A stretch of 61,464 bases of DNA, filler included. It is 5 parts of 5 records of this genome, joined end to end, with 100 filler letters (N's around TTAATTAATTAA, not from the genome) between each part and the next. Parts side by side here need not be neighbours in the genome. Positions count along the whole stretch, not along the records: positions 43,777 to 50,142 come from SRR2962707_1661; positions 50,243 to 61,464 come from SRR2962707_1669; 3 more parts are not named here. The stretch is one strand, 5' to 3'. The position numbers and the translations under genes are program-made. Shown here in pieces: positions 46,880-59,443 of the stretch. The notes beneath the pieces are model-generated. The model worked only from the letters and a program-made list of their open reading frames with translations, was not told the origin of the DNA and ran no database searches. The stretch's first letter is position 1. Each line of letters begins with the position of its first letter.

Positions 46880-47557
46880 CTAGGGCAGGTGGCGGCTGGC
46901 CTCTTTCACGGCATAGGCTTTCATCCTTGCGCCGTGTTCGTCCAGAAACGCGCGGGTGCGATCCGGGGCGTGTTTCGACAGATCCCGCACCCACCAGGCG
47001 ACGGCCTTTTGGGTGATGCCGTTCTTGCGGTCCAGATATCCCGCAGCCCAGCCAAGGATTCGTTCGCGTGCGGCAAGTTCCTGTTCTGACGGGAAATTCT
47101 GCTTGGTCCAGGGTAGGGTGATGACCAACGCGGCGCGCCGGGTCCAGATGTGTTCGCTCTGTGTCCAGATCTCAACCTGATCGAGCCGCGCCGGATCTGC
47201 CACCAGACGCCGTTGCCCTGCCATGCAGGCGTGATCGGCGATGGCCCAGCTGTCGAAATCGGGCACCCAGGACTGGATCAGATCCCAGACCGGGCCGTCA
47301 TCGCGGATACGGGCCTGCGTCAGCAGTTTGGCCGCCGCCACCCGCGCCTCAAAGACATCCGTTTCCCACAGTGCCGCCGCCAACGCGACCCGCGCATCGA
47401 TGTCTATCTCTTTGCGCCAGTCCGACGTCAGCGCGTTGATGGCCGGATTGGGCACGCCAAGATAGGGGCGGTCGACCTTGTGATAGGCGGCCATCTGTTC
47501 TGCGCGGCCCGGTTCGGCTGCGGCTTTCAAGGCGTCCAGCGCCAGGTCAGGAATCAT
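46880..47557 (-). CDS. DNA alkylation repair protein (AlkD-like HEAT-repeat family)
   Basis: MAAYHK...LGV, FDSWAIAD, W.RRAALV, QKAVAWWVRDLSK. Confidence 0.88.
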   Translation of the reverse strand: MIPDLALDALKAAAEPGRAEQMAAYHKVDRPYLGVPNPAINALTSDWRKEIDIDARVALAAALWETDVFEARVAAAKLLTQARIRDDGPVWDLIQSWVPDFDSWAIADHACMAGQRRLVADPARLDQVEIWTQSEHIWTRRAALVITLPWTKQNFPSEQELAARERILGWAAGYLDRKNGITQKAVAWWVRDLSKHAPDRTRAFLDEHGARMKAYAVKEASRHLP

Positions 47558-48108
47558 TTGTTCAGGTTCGCCTCTATGCCGGTTGGCGCACCATCAATTG
47601 TGGTGCGGTTACGCTCGTCCCAGTAGGTTTCGATGCCGTCTTCGCCCTTGTCCTCGGCCCAGATCTTCAGCGTGTCCCGTTCGCCGACATGGTCGAAAAA
47701 CGGGATGGAATACCCGCAGGAACTCTGCACCATCTCGACGCTGAGATCATAAATCTGCCGCGCGCCCAGCGGGTCGCCGAACAAGGCAACCTTTTCGTCC
47801 CAGTCTGGATGATCCCGGTGTAGGGTCCGCGCCGTGCCATAGGCACGCAGAATGATCGGGCGGCGAGTGAAAGAACACCACATCAGCGTCATGCGCGTAT
47901 CCTGCGCAAGATGCCCGGCGGTTTCATTGCCTGATCCCGTCAGGTTCAGCCAAAGGATGCGATTGTCATCAATGACGCGCAGCGACTCCATCCCCTTGGG
48001 CGACACGTTCACACGGCCCGACGGCCCGGCGGTGCCGGTGAAAAAGATATGCTGCGCCTCGATAAAGGCGCGATGTTCCGGGCTGATCCGGTCAAATTGT
48101 TTGGCCAT
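47554..48108 (-). CDS. Pyridoxamine 5'-phosphate oxidase family (split-barrel flavoprotein)
   Basis: FIEAQHIFF, VNVSPKG, NLTGSGNETAGH, QSSCGYSIP. Confidence 0.88.
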   Translation of the reverse strand: MAKQFDRISPEHRAFIEAQHIFFTGTAGPSGRVNVSPKGMESLRVIDDNRILWLNLTGSGNETAGHLAQDTRMTLMWCSFTRRPIILRAYGTARTLHRDHPDWDEKVALFGDPLGARQIYDLSVEMVQSSCGYSIPFFDHVGERDTLKIWAEDKGEDGIETYWDERNRTTIDGAPTGIEANLNK

Positions 48109-48117
48109 GGGGCGTTC

Positions 48118-49934
<1,817 letters not shown>

Positions 49935-49935
<1 letters not shown>

Positions 49936-50142
49936 CAGTTGGCCCCTTTCGTCAGTTTCGCCTTACGCGCCTTCAGCATGTCGAACAGGCGAATGGCTTG
50001 ACCGTCCTTGGTCACTTGCGGCGCGCGCCCCAACGCCAATGCCCCGTCTGGAACGTTCTTGGTGATGACCGACCCACTGCCTGTCAGCGCGCCATCGCCC
50101 ACGGTGACCGGGGCCACCAGCATGGTGTTGGACCCGATAAAG
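49935..50142 (-). CDS. glmU: Bifunctional GlmU, 3' fragment
   Basis: [25 protein letters not shown]; stop overlaps glmS start. Confidence 0.93.
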
Positions 50143-50242
50143 NNNNNNNNNNNNNNNNNNNNNNNNNNNNNNNNNNNNNNNNNNNNTTAATTAATTAANN
50201 NNNNNNNNNNNNNNNNNNNNNNNNNNNNNNNNNNNNNNNNNN
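50143..50242. other. Artificial contig linker
   Basis: 44 N + TTAATTAATTAA + 44 N. Confidence 0.99.
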
Positions 50243-50581
50243 GTCGAGGAAGAACAGCGGCTCGGCGCCCTGGACGACGAGGTCGTTGACGCACATTGCA
50301 ACAAGGTCGATGCCAACGGTATCGTGGATACCGGCTTCGATCGCGATGCGGAGCTTGGTGCCCACACCATCATTGGCTGCGACCAGCACGGGATCGGTGA
50401 AACCCGCGGCCCTCAGATCGAACAGCCCGCCAAAGCCGCCGATTTCCCCATCGGCACCGGGGCGGCGGGTCGATTTGACCGCCGGCTTGATGGCTTCGAC
50501 AAGAGCGTTTCCGGCGTCGATGTCGACCCCGGCCTGCTTGTACGATAGGCCATTGGAGGGCAGGTTTGGATCGTCTGACAT
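50243..50581 (-). CDS. purM: Phosphoribosylformylglycinamidine cyclo-ligase, 5' fragment
   Basis: [44 protein letters not shown]. Confidence 0.97.
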
Positions 50582-50708
50582 TTGAATACGCCATCCCCGG
50601 TGAGGCGCCGTCATGAAGGCCGGCATCAGATTAACGTTGATTGGCCCGGTTGGGCTCTATATTTCGAAAGGCTGATACCGGCTCACAACGCTACGCGCAA
50701 GGACTGCC

Positions 50709-51827
50709 ATGTCTCTCAAGAACCAGATAACCTTCTGGATCGCACTGTTTGTCGTTCTGGGCGTGCTGTTGTGGGTCTTCCGCGGCATTCTGCTGCCGTT
50801 CGTTCTCGGCATCACTCTGGCGTACCTGCTCAACCCGTTCGTCGACTGGCTGCAGAGCCGCAAGGTGCATCGCGGGTTTGCCACGCTGATCGTGATGGTG
50901 CTGGCAATGCTTGCATTGCTCGCCGTGTTTCTGCTGATCGTACCGCTGCTGCTGCAGCAGGCGTTCGGTCTGGCGCGCAACATTCCCACTTATGTGCAGC
51001 AATTGCAGGTGTTCATCGAGAACATGATCCCGCGACTCGAGCAGTGGCTCGGTCCCGAGCGGATGCAGGAACTCGAACGGGGCATCGAGCAGATGTTTGC
51101 CGATGGCATCGGCATGCTCACCGGCTTTACGGGACAGGTGATGCAACAATCGATGAGCATCATCAACACGATCGGCATCATGATCGTTACCCCCGTCGTT
51201 GCGTTCTATCTCCTTTTGGACTGGGACCGGATGGTGGCATCCGTTGATAGCCTGTTTCCGCCGGCGCACCGCTCCGAGATGCATGCGCTGTTCAAGGACA
51301 TGGATATCGCCCTTGCCGGATTCGTGCGCGGGCAGGGGGCCGTGGTCGGGATTTTGGCGGTCTTTTATGCTGTCACGCTTTCGTTGGCCGGACTAAGCTT
51401 CGGTCTCGCCATCGGCCTGATGGCGGGCCTTTTCAGTTTCATTCCCTATGTGGGCGCGTTGATCGGGTTCGTCCTTTCGATGGGTATTGCCCTGGTTCAG
51501 TTCTGGCCTGATTGGGTCATGATGGCGGTAATCTTGGCGATTTTTCTCGTCGGCCAGTTTCTCGAAGGCAATATTTTATATCCCAAGCTCGTGGGGTCGA
51601 GCATTGGCGTTCATCCGGTCTGGCTGATGTTCTCGCTCTTTGCTTTCGCTGTGTTGTTTGGTGCCTTGGGTGTCTTGATCGCCGTGCCGCTTGCGGCCAT
51701 CTGTGGCGTTCTGGTTCGCTGGGCCGTCCGCAAATACAAGCAGAGCCCTCTCTACGATTCCCAGGCTGCAGCAATGATTGCTCCCCAAGAGGCTGGCGCC
51801 GATGCAAGCCCAAAAGAAATCTCCTAG
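50709..51827 (+). CDS. AI-2E family transporter (PerM-like)
   Basis: ILLPF..AYLLNP, FIPYVG, EGNILYPKLVG, HPVW; purM-perM-hda gene order. Confidence 0.92.
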   Translation: MSLKNQITFWIALFVVLGVLLWVFRGILLPFVLGITLAYLLNPFVDWLQSRKVHRGFATLIVMVLAMLALLAVFLLIVPLLLQQAFGLARNIPTYVQQLQVFIENMIPRLEQWLGPERMQELERGIEQMFADGIGMLTGFTGQVMQQSMSIINTIGIMIVTPVVAFYLLLDWDRMVASVDSLFPPAHRSEMHALFKDMDIALAGFVRGQGAVVGILAVFYAVTLSLAGLSFGLAIGLMAGLFSFIPYVGALIGFVLSMGIALVQFWPDWVMMAVILAIFLVGQFLEGNILYPKLVGSSIGVHPVWLMFSLFAFAVLFGALGVLIAVPLAAICGVLVRWAVRKYKQSPLYDSQAAAMIAPQEAGADASPKEIS

Positions 51828-52509
51828 TTCCTTGTCCCCGCTGACAAAGGAACAGCTTATTCTCGATCTTGGGCACGAGGTTGCCCAGACCGAGGATGAT
51901 TTCATGGTCTGTGCGGGCAACGAGTTGGCTTTCGCCCATGTCATGGCCTTTCCGGCCTGGGCGGCGCCCATGACTTTGCTCGTCGGCGCTGCCAAGTCGG
52001 GGAAATCCCATCTCGCGGGGATATGGGCCAGGCGGGCCGATGCCGTTATCGCTTGTCCCGATAATGTCGAAGCGCTTGCGGCCGACGGTGGAAAGAGACC
52101 GGTGCTGGTGGAAGATTCGGACCGAAACGCGTATGAAGAGGCGGAGTTGTTTCATCTGCTCAACCAGTCGATGCGCGACGAGCGACCGATTTTGATGACG
52201 GCCAGAACGCTGGTCGCAGAATGGCCGTACCGGACAAACGACGTCAAATCGCGCGCCAGGTTGGCCGCGCACTTTTCGCTCACGGCGCCCGATGACATCT
52301 TGTTGTCGCAGATGTTCGTGAAATTGTTCGCCGACAGGCAGTTGTCGGTCGATCCGAAAGTAATCTCCTATCTGGTGGGCCGTATGGAGCGCTCGTCGGA
52401 AGAAGTTGTCGCTTTGGTCGAACTGCTGGACAAGATGTCGCTATCACGCGGCCGGGCAATCACGCGGGCCATTGCGGCCGAGGCGCTTGTAATTCGCTCG
52501 GAACGCTAG
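51802..52509 (+). CDS. hdaA: DnaA regulatory inactivator Hda/HdaA
   Basis: QLILDL clamp-binding motif, GAAKSGKS, LFHLLN, DVKSR; start uncertain (ATG 51802 or TTG 51832). Confidence 0.85.
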   Translation: MQAQKKSPSSLSPLTKEQLILDLGHEVAQTEDDFMVCAGNELAFAHVMAFPAWAAPMTLLVGAAKSGKSHLAGIWARRADAVIACPDNVEALAADGGKRPVLVEDSDRNAYEEAELFHLLNQSMRDERPILMTARTLVAEWPYRTNDVKSRARLAAHFSLTAPDDILLSQMFVKLFADRQLSVDPKVISYLVGRMERSSEEVVALVELLDKMSLSRGRAITRAIAAEALVIRSER

Positions 52510-52529
52510 CCGAACTGAAAAGGTGACGA

Positions 52530-54710
52530 ATGGACGATATGGCTCATGAGCAGCACTCAACGGACGAGGCTGCACCCGATATCGAGGCATTGCGCACGAG
52601 CCCGGCACGGTTCGTAAACCGCGAAGTGAGCTGGCTGCAGTTCAATATGCGGGTGCTCGAGGAAGCCGCCAACCCCAATCATCCCCTGCTGGAGCGATTG
52701 CGGTTCGTTTCCATCTCGGCCAACAATCTCGATGAATTCTTCATGGTGCGTGTGGCGGGCCTCAAAGGGCAGTTGCGCGCGGGCCTTCCACGTGAGAGCG
52801 CCGACGGCATGACGCCGAGCGAGCAGATCGAGGAAATCACCACCCTTGCCCAACATCTGCATCTCGAGCAGCAGGATCAGTGGCAGTCGATACGTGAAGA
52901 GCTGTTCGAACAGAATATCGTCCTGCTCGAAGCCGCGGACCTGACGGCCGAGCAGGTGGAGTTCCTGCAAAATACTTTCCGGGAAGAGATATTTCCGGTC
53001 CTGACACCGATCGCCATCGACCCTGCACACCCGTTTCCCTTCATCCCCAATCTGGGGTTCTCACTGGCTTTCCAGCTTGATCGAGCGACCGACAATTCGC
53101 GGCTAACGGCGCTGGTGCGGGTTCCTTCCAACCTGGATCGGTTCATAAAGCTGCCCACCAAGGCCATTTCGGATCGGCGGGTCGAAATGGTGACCGTCGA
53201 GACGATGGTCCAGTTGTTCTTCCACAAGATTTTCCCGGGCTACAATATTGTCGGGCACGGATCGTTCCGCATCGTCCGTGACAGTGAAATCGAAATCGAC
53301 GACGAGGCGGCCGATCTGGTCGTCGAGTTCGAGTCGGCACTGCGCCAGCGTCGCCGCGGTCAGGTGATCCGGCTGGAAATCGAGCGGTCCATGCCGCGAT
53401 CGCTCAAGCGGCTCATCGCCGAAGAGCTGGGGATTTCGGCGGAGGATACGTTTGAGGTCGAAGGTTTCATGGCACTTGCCGACGCTGGCAAGATTTGTGA
53501 TCTGGACCGTCCGGAGCTGAAGTTTCCGCGCTACCACGCACGTTTTCCTGAGCGTATCCGTGACCATCATGGCGATTGCTTTGCGGCAATCCAGGAAAAG
53601 GACATCGTCGTCCATCATCCCTATGAGAGTTTCGATGTCGTCGCGCAGTTTGTCGCCCAGGCGGCGCGCGACCCGGATGTGGTTGCGATCAAGCAAACTC
53701 TTTACCGGACGTCCAAGGATTCCCCGATCGTCAAGGCCCTGATCGCGGCGGCCGAGACGGGCAAATCGGTGACTGCGCTGGTTGAACTCAAGGCCCGGTT
53801 CGATGAGGAAGCCAATATCCGCTGGGCGCGGGATCTCGAACGTGCGGGCGTGCAGGTGGTCTTCGGGTTCATCGAACTCAAGACCCATGCCAAGCTCAGC
53901 CAGGTCGTGCGGCGCGAGAAGGGCAAGCTGGTTTCCTACTGCCACGTCGGGACCGGCAACTATCATCCTGTGACGGCCAAGATCTATACCGATCTCTCCT
54001 ACTTCACGGCCGATCCGATCATCACCCGTGATGTGGCGCGGGTCTTTAACTTTATCACTGGCTATGCGCGGCCCAGCGAACTCGAAGCCATCTCGATTTC
54101 GCCGTTTTCGTTGCGAGCCAAGTTGCTCGAGCATATCGCGACCGAGATCGAGCTGGCCCAGCGGGGGGAACCTGCGGCGATTTGGTTCAAGTGCAATGCG
54201 CTGGTCGATCCCGAGCTCATCGACGCGCTTTACAAGGCGAGCCAGGCAGGGGTCCGGGTCGAGCTGATCGTGCGTGGAATTTGCTGTCTGCGCCCCGGGA
54301 TTCCTGGGTTCTCGGAAAATATCCGCGTCAAATCGATTGTCGGACGCTTCCTTGAGCATTCGCGCATCTATTGCTTTGGCAATGGCGGCGAGATGCCTTC
54401 GCGCGAAGCCGCGGTCTATATTTCGTCGGCAGACCTTATGCCGCGTAATCTGGACTGGCGTGTCGAAACACTGGTACCCATTAAGAATCGGACCGTTCAC
54501 CGGCAGATTCTCGACCGTATCATGGTGGCCAATCTTCGCGACAACCAGCAGAGCTGGGAGGTTCTCCCGGACGGCACTGCGCAACGCATCGCGCAGGGCG
54601 AGGGAGAAGAAGCGTTCAACGCCCATGACTACTTTATGACCAATCCGTCCCTGTCAGGGCGCGGCAGCGCTTTGCACGGAGACAGCGACGACGAGGACAA
54701 TGATCTTTGA
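52530..54710 (+). CDS. ppk1: Polyphosphate kinase 1
   Basis: [51 protein letters not shown]. Confidence 0.98.
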   Translation: MDDMAHEQHSTDEAAPDIEALRTSPARFVNREVSWLQFNMRVLEEAANPNHPLLERLRFVSISANNLDEFFMVRVAGLKGQLRAGLPRESADGMTPSEQIEEITTLAQHLHLEQQDQWQSIREELFEQNIVLLEAADLTAEQVEFLQNTFREEIFPVLTPIAIDPAHPFPFIPNLGFSLAFQLDRATDNSRLTALVRVPSNLDRFIKLPTKAISDRRVEMVTVETMVQLFFHKIFPGYNIVGHGSFRIVRDSEIEIDDEAADLVVEFESALRQRRRGQVIRLEIERSMPRSLKRLIAEELGISAEDTFEVEGFMALADAGKICDLDRPELKFPRYHARFPERIRDHHGDCFAAIQEKDIVVHHPYESFDVVAQFVAQAARDPDVVAIKQTLYRTSKDSPIVKALIAAAETGKSVTALVELKARFDEEANIRWARDLERAGVQVVFGFIELKTHAKLSQVVRREKGKLVSYCHVGTGNYHPVTAKIYTDLSYFTADPIITRDVARVFNFITGYARPSELEAISISPFSLRAKLLEHIATEIELAQRGEPAAIWFKCNALVDPELIDALYKASQAGVRVELIVRGICCLRPGIPGFSENIRVKSIVGRFLEHSRIYCFGNGGEMPSREAAVYISSADLMPRNLDWRVETLVPIKNRTVHRQILDRIMVANLRDNQQSWEVLPDGTAQRIAQGEGEEAFNAHDYFMTNPSLSGRGSALHGDSDDEDNDL

Positions 54711-56248
54711 TTCGATTCTGGAGCCTTGAATCCGATCCCGCCGGGCAGGGGCGCCTTTCAGGCGCCAAGCCTGTTGCGGTGCTAGACATCGGCTCGAACT
54801 CTGTACGACTTGTCGTCTATGAGCGTCTGACGCGTGCCCTGACCGTGCTCTACAATGAGAAGTCGTCCAGCACGCTCGGACGAGGGGTCGCGGCAACGGG
54901 GCGGTTGGCTGAGACCTCGATGGCCAGCGCCCTCAAGGCAATCCGGCGGTTTGCGCTTGTCTGCCGCCTGACCGAAGTCGGCGATATCTACGCCATTGCG
55001 ACGTCGGCAACCCGCGAGGCCGAAAACGGGCCGGAATTTGCGCGGGCCGTCGAAGACATCATCGGTGTGCCGGTGCGCGTGCTCAGTGGCGTCGAGGAGG
55101 CCCATTACGCGGCCCTGGGGTTGGTGTCGGGCATGCCCGGGTTTATGGGGGTCGTGGGCGATCTGGGCGGCGGGAGCCTGGAACTGGCCATGGTGGATGG
55201 TGGACACGATACCGGTGGGGAAACCCACGAACTCGGGGTTATCCGCCTCCAGGATGATACGCAGATGACCCCGAGCAAGGCGTCGGGGATTATCAACGAG
55301 CGCCTCAAAGCTTCGAAGTTGCTCGAGCGCGGGAAATACAGGAGCTTTGCAGCCATCGGCGGGACATGGCGCGCTTTGGCCAAGCTGCATCAAGCCCGAT
55401 GCAGCTATCCTCTGCACATGGTGCAGGACTACGTCGTTCGCACGGCCGACATCCTGCCGCTGTGCGATGCCCTGATCGAGGGCAATGGCGACAGGAAGCT
55501 GGTCAAGGGCATCGAAACTGTCTCGGGTTCGCGGAAGGAACTTCTGCCGTACGGCGCTGCCGTCCTGGCTGAAGTGTTGCGGACCGGCGAGTTCGAGGAG
55601 GTCGTCTTTTCGGCCCAGGGCGTTCGCGAAGGCTATCTGTACGATAGGCTCGCTGACGACGACAAGGGAATCGATCCTCTTTTGCAGGCGGCAGAGGAAA
55701 TCTCGACGCTGCGCTCACGGGCGCCGGAATTTTCCGGCGACCTTATTGATGGCAGCGGCGCGTTGTTCAATCTCATCGGTGTCGAGGAAACCACTGATGA
55801 AGAAAGATTGCGCAAGGCGGCTTGCTACATTTCCGACATCGGTTGGCGAGCGCATCCTGACTATCGAGGGGAACAGAGCATCCAGATGGTGGCCTTTTCC
55901 GACATTGTCGGGATCAGCCATGCCGGCCGGGCCTTCCTCGCTCAGACCCTTGCGTTTCGCTACATGGGTTTCAAGCAAAAGAGCACAAATGCCAAATTGC
56001 TTGAACTCGCAGGCAAGGACCTCAGCCCAAGGGCGCGGCTGATCGCTGCCTATTTCCGGGTCGCTTATCCTCTGGCGGCAGCCATGCCAGGCATTCTGCC
56101 GCGCACCCGGTTCTCGGTGGATGGCAAGATCCTGGAGTTGCACCTGCCGTCCGATCTGGCGTTTCTGGACGGCGACAGGATGCGCGGGCGCCAACGCCAA
56201 CTGGCCACCGAGGCGGGGTTCAAGGACGGTACAATAAGGGTCGATTGA
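54707..56248 (+). CDS. ppx: Exopolyphosphatase (Ppx/GppA family)
   Basis: [36 protein letters not shown]. Confidence 0.94.
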   Translation: MIRFWSLESDPAGQGRLSGAKPVAVLDIGSNSVRLVVYERLTRALTVLYNEKSSSTLGRGVAATGRLAETSMASALKAIRRFALVCRLTEVGDIYAIATSATREAENGPEFARAVEDIIGVPVRVLSGVEEAHYAALGLVSGMPGFMGVVGDLGGGSLELAMVDGGHDTGGETHELGVIRLQDDTQMTPSKASGIINERLKASKLLERGKYRSFAAIGGTWRALAKLHQARCSYPLHMVQDYVVRTADILPLCDALIEGNGDRKLVKGIETVSGSRKELLPYGAAVLAEVLRTGEFEEVVFSAQGVREGYLYDRLADDDKGIDPLLQAAEEISTLRSRAPEFSGDLIDGSGALFNLIGVEETTDEERLRKAACYISDIGWRAHPDYRGEQSIQMVAFSDIVGISHAGRAFLAQTLAFRYMGFKQKSTNAKLLELAGKDLSPRARLIAAYFRVAYPLAAAMPGILPRTRFSVDGKILELHLPSDLAFLDGDRMRGRQRQLATEAGFKDGTIRVD

Positions 56249-56251
56249 CCC

Positions 56252-57412
56252 TTATTCGCCCAGTTCCACGGACACTTCGACCACGCCCTTGCGCGTCGCG
56301 GCCAGTGCCATGCGCCCGTGTTTGATCGCCAGGGCTTTTTCGCCGAACAGCTTGCGGCGCCAGCCCTTAAGGGCAGGGACGTCTGCGTTGTCATCGAGCA
56401 CGATGGCATCGATGTCGTCGGAACTGGCGATAATGCGGGTTGCCACGCCGTTGGCATCGGCGACGGCCTTCAGCCAGACTCGAAGCAGGTCACCGACAGC
56501 ACCCTTGGGTGACGGGCCCCGTGGACGTTCGGCAATCTTGGGAAGGCTCGATTTGTCTGCCGCTTCCACCGATTTGATGATGGCGATTACTTCCGCTGCG
56601 GCCGATGACCGGCCGTAACCACGCGGTACGGCGCGAAGCTTTTCAAAGGCATCGGGCGTCGTGGGGCGCTGTATGGCCAGTTCGGCGATGGCGTCGTCTT
56701 TGAGTATACGGCCGCGCGGCTGGTCGTTCTCCTGCGCTCGCCGTTCGCGCCAGGCGGCAATAGCCTGAAGGGCGGCCAGATCGCGGGGCTTGTTGACCCG
56801 GGCCTTTACCCGCTTCCATGCGACGTCGGGCTGAATGACGTAAGTGTCGACACTTTCCAGGATGGCCATCTCGTCGGCAACCCAGGCGCCGCGGCGCGTC
56901 TTTTCGATTTCGCCGCGCAGTTGTGCATAGATATCGCGAAGATGAGTGACGTCGGCCAGAGCGTAATTGAGCTGCTTTTCGGTCAGTGGGCGATGCGACC
57001 AGTCCGTAAAGCGCGAACTCTTGTCGATCTGCTCGCCGACCACGGAGCGCACCAGATTGTCATAGGACACCGAATCGCCGTGGCCGCAAACGCTGGCGGC
57101 CACTTGTGTATCAAAAATCGGGTGGGGGACGACGCCGAACAGCTTTACGAAGATTTCGATGTCCTGCCTTGCCGCATGGAACACCTTTGTCACATGCCGG
57201 TCCGCAAGAAGTTCGGCGAACGGCGCCAGATCGATGTCGTCGGCAAGGGGGTCGATGATGACCGCCCTGTCGGTGGTGGCAGCCTGGATGAGGCAGAGCT
57301 TTGGCCAATATGTCGTTTCGCGCAAGAATTCGGTGTCGACGGTCACGAAATCATAGGTCGCAGCGTCCTTGCAGAACGCTTCCAGCGCCCGCGTCGAAGT
57401 GATGACCTGCAT
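56252..57412 (-). CDS. rnd: Ribonuclease D
   Basis: DTEFLRETTYWPKLCLIQ, HAARQD, FDTQVAA, YALADV, HRDC domain; start MQVITST. Confidence 0.96.
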   Translation of the reverse strand: MQVITSTRALEAFCKDAATYDFVTVDTEFLRETTYWPKLCLIQAATTDRAVIIDPLADDIDLAPFAELLADRHVTKVFHAARQDIEIFVKLFGVVPHPIFDTQVAASVCGHGDSVSYDNLVRSVVGEQIDKSSRFTDWSHRPLTEKQLNYALADVTHLRDIYAQLRGEIEKTRRGAWVADEMAILESVDTYVIQPDVAWKRVKARVNKPRDLAALQAIAAWRERRAQENDQPRGRILKDDAIAELAIQRPTTPDAFEKLRAVPRGYGRSSAAAEVIAIIKSVEAADKSSLPKIAERPRGPSPKGAVGDLLRVWLKAVADANGVATRIIASSDDIDAIVLDDNADVPALKGWRRKLFGEKALAIKHGRMALAATRKGVVEVSVELGE

Positions 57413-57565
57413 TGAGTCGGTATCCAGTTCTAAAATAATGGGATGTCTGTTATCAGCATTGTTGTCCCATCGCAAAGTGCTATGGCGCATCGTGCTTGAC
57501 ATTGGGCACGTCACATGCGCTTTTCCGGCACAAATTCCCACTCCGTTCTCGAAAGACTTGTTGTG

Positions 57566-59350
57566 ATGCATCGCTATCGTTCGCACACCTGCGCCCAACT
57601 CAAAAAGGCAGATGTCGGCTCGACCGCCCGGCTGTCAGGATGGGTGCATCGCATTCGAGATCATGGAGGATTGCTATTTATCGACCTGCGTGACCATTAC
57701 GGGCTGACCCAGTGTGTGATCGATCCGGATTCGCCCGCTTTCAAGCTGGTAGAAAGCGTCCGGGCCGAATGGGTTATTCGGGTCGATGGTGAGGTCAAGG
57801 CGCGCACGCTCGAAACCACTAACAAGAACCTGCCGACAGGCGAGGTCGAAGTTTTCATTCGCGATATCGAAGTGTTGAGCAAGTCGGCAGAACTACCGCT
57901 GCCCGTGTTCGGCGAACCTGAATATCCCGAGGATATCCGGCTGCGGTATCGTTTTATCGATCTGCGCCGTGAAACGTTGCACGCCAACATCGTCAAGCGC
58001 ACCAGGATCATTTCGGCGATGCGCAGTCGCATGTCCGCCATCGGGTTCAGTGAATATTCCACGCCCATACTGACGGCCTCGTCGCCGGAAGGGGCTCGCG
58101 ACTTTCTCGTGCCCAGCCGCATCCATCCGGGTAAATTCTTCGCGCTGCCCCAGGCGCCCCAGCAGTATAAGCAGCTGCTGATGGTGGCCGGGTTCGATCG
58201 CTATTTCCAGATCGCGCCGTGCTTCCGTGATGAGGACCCGCGCGCCGATCGTCTGCCGGGGGAATTCTACCAGCTCGACGTGGAAATGAGCTTTGTGACC
58301 CAGGAAGAAGTCTGGGACACAATGGAGCCAGTTATCCGCGGCGTGTTTGAGGAATTTGCCGAAGGCAAAAAGGTTACGCAGGAATTCCCGCGTATCCCGT
58401 ACGATGTGGCGATCCGCAAATATGGCTCGGACAAGCCAGACCTGCGCAACCCGATCGAGATGGAAGACGTCACCGAGCATTTCCGCGACTCTGGGTTCAA
58501 GGTGTTCGCCAATCAGATCGCAGGCGATCCCAAGGTCGAAGTATGGGCCATCCCGGCTCCGACCGGCGGGTCCCGTGCGTTCTGCGATCGCATGAACGCC
58601 TGGGCGCAGGGCGAAGGCCAGCCCGGACTGGGCTACATCTTCTTCAAGGATGGTGCCGGTTCGGGACCGATCGCCAAGAATATCGGTGAGGAGCGTACGG
58701 ACGCCATTCGCGCTCAGCTCGGACTGGCGGACGGCGATGCCGTGTTCTTCGTCTGTGGTGTGCCGTCCAAGTTCCACGGATTTGCTGGCGCGGCGCGCAC
58801 CAAGGTTGGCACCGATCTCGAACTTATCGACCTCGACAGCTATGCGCTGTGCTGGATCGTCGATTTCCCGTTCTATGAATGGGACGAAGAAGAAAAGAAG
58901 TTCGAGTTCGCGCACAATCCGTTCTCAATGCCTCAGGGTGGGCGTAAGGCTCTCGATGGCGAGGACCCGCTTTCGATCAAGGCCTATCAGTACGACGCCG
59001 TCTGCAACGGCTTTGAAATCGCGTCGGGTTCGATCCGTAACCAGGAGCCCGAAACCATGGTTGCCGCCTTCGAGAAGGTGGGGTTGTCGCGTCAGGACGT
59101 TGAAGACCGCTTTGGTGGACTGTATCGCGCGTTCCAGTATGGCGCGCCTCCGCATGGTGGCATGGCGGCCGGTGTCGACCGCATCGTGATGCTGTTGTGC
59201 GGTGTCCAGAACCTGCGGGAGATCACGTTGTTCCCGATGAACCAGCAAGCCGAGGATCTGTTGATGGGTGCGCCCAACGATGCATCCCCCCGGCAATTGC
59301 GCGAACTGCATCTCCGACTCAATTTGCCAGCAGACAAGAAGAACGCCTGA
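57566..59350 (+). CDS. aspS: Aspartate--tRNA ligase, probably non-discriminating
   Basis: [47 protein letters not shown]. Confidence 0.98.
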   Translation: MHRYRSHTCAQLKKADVGSTARLSGWVHRIRDHGGLLFIDLRDHYGLTQCVIDPDSPAFKLVESVRAEWVIRVDGEVKARTLETTNKNLPTGEVEVFIRDIEVLSKSAELPLPVFGEPEYPEDIRLRYRFIDLRRETLHANIVKRTRIISAMRSRMSAIGFSEYSTPILTASSPEGARDFLVPSRIHPGKFFALPQAPQQYKQLLMVAGFDRYFQIAPCFRDEDPRADRLPGEFYQLDVEMSFVTQEEVWDTMEPVIRGVFEEFAEGKKVTQEFPRIPYDVAIRKYGSDKPDLRNPIEMEDVTEHFRDSGFKVFANQIAGDPKVEVWAIPAPTGGSRAFCDRMNAWAQGEGQPGLGYIFFKDGAGSGPIAKNIGEERTDAIRAQLGLADGDAVFFVCGVPSKFHGFAGAARTKVGTDLELIDLDSYALCWIVDFPFYEWDEEEKKFEFAHNPFSMPQGGRKALDGEDPLSIKAYQYDAVCNGFEIASGSIRNQEPETMVAAFEKVGLSRQDVEDRFGGLYRAFQYGAPPHGGMAAGVDRIVMLLCGVQNLREITLFPMNQQAEDLLMGAPNDASPRQLRELHLRLNLPADKKNA

Positions 59351-59376
59351 CGGGCGGCGGCGTAAATACGCCAGAT

Positions 59377-59391
59377 TTAATGCGCAGTTAA
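59377..59391. promoter_or_regulatory. CtrA binding box
   Basis: TTAA-TGCGCAG-TTAA (TTAA-N7-TTAA) in the aspS-EAL intergenic region. Confidence 0.65.
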
Positions 59392-59443
59392 AGTGTTGCC
59401 CGGTAGGATCGAATTTGAGGGTTCGATACTTCCGGGCATTTTT

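Noticed and set aside
17641-47557. ada and the alkD-like gene as one alkylation-repair system; purL and purM as one pur cluster
   Set aside because: The genes lie on different contigs from different organisms.
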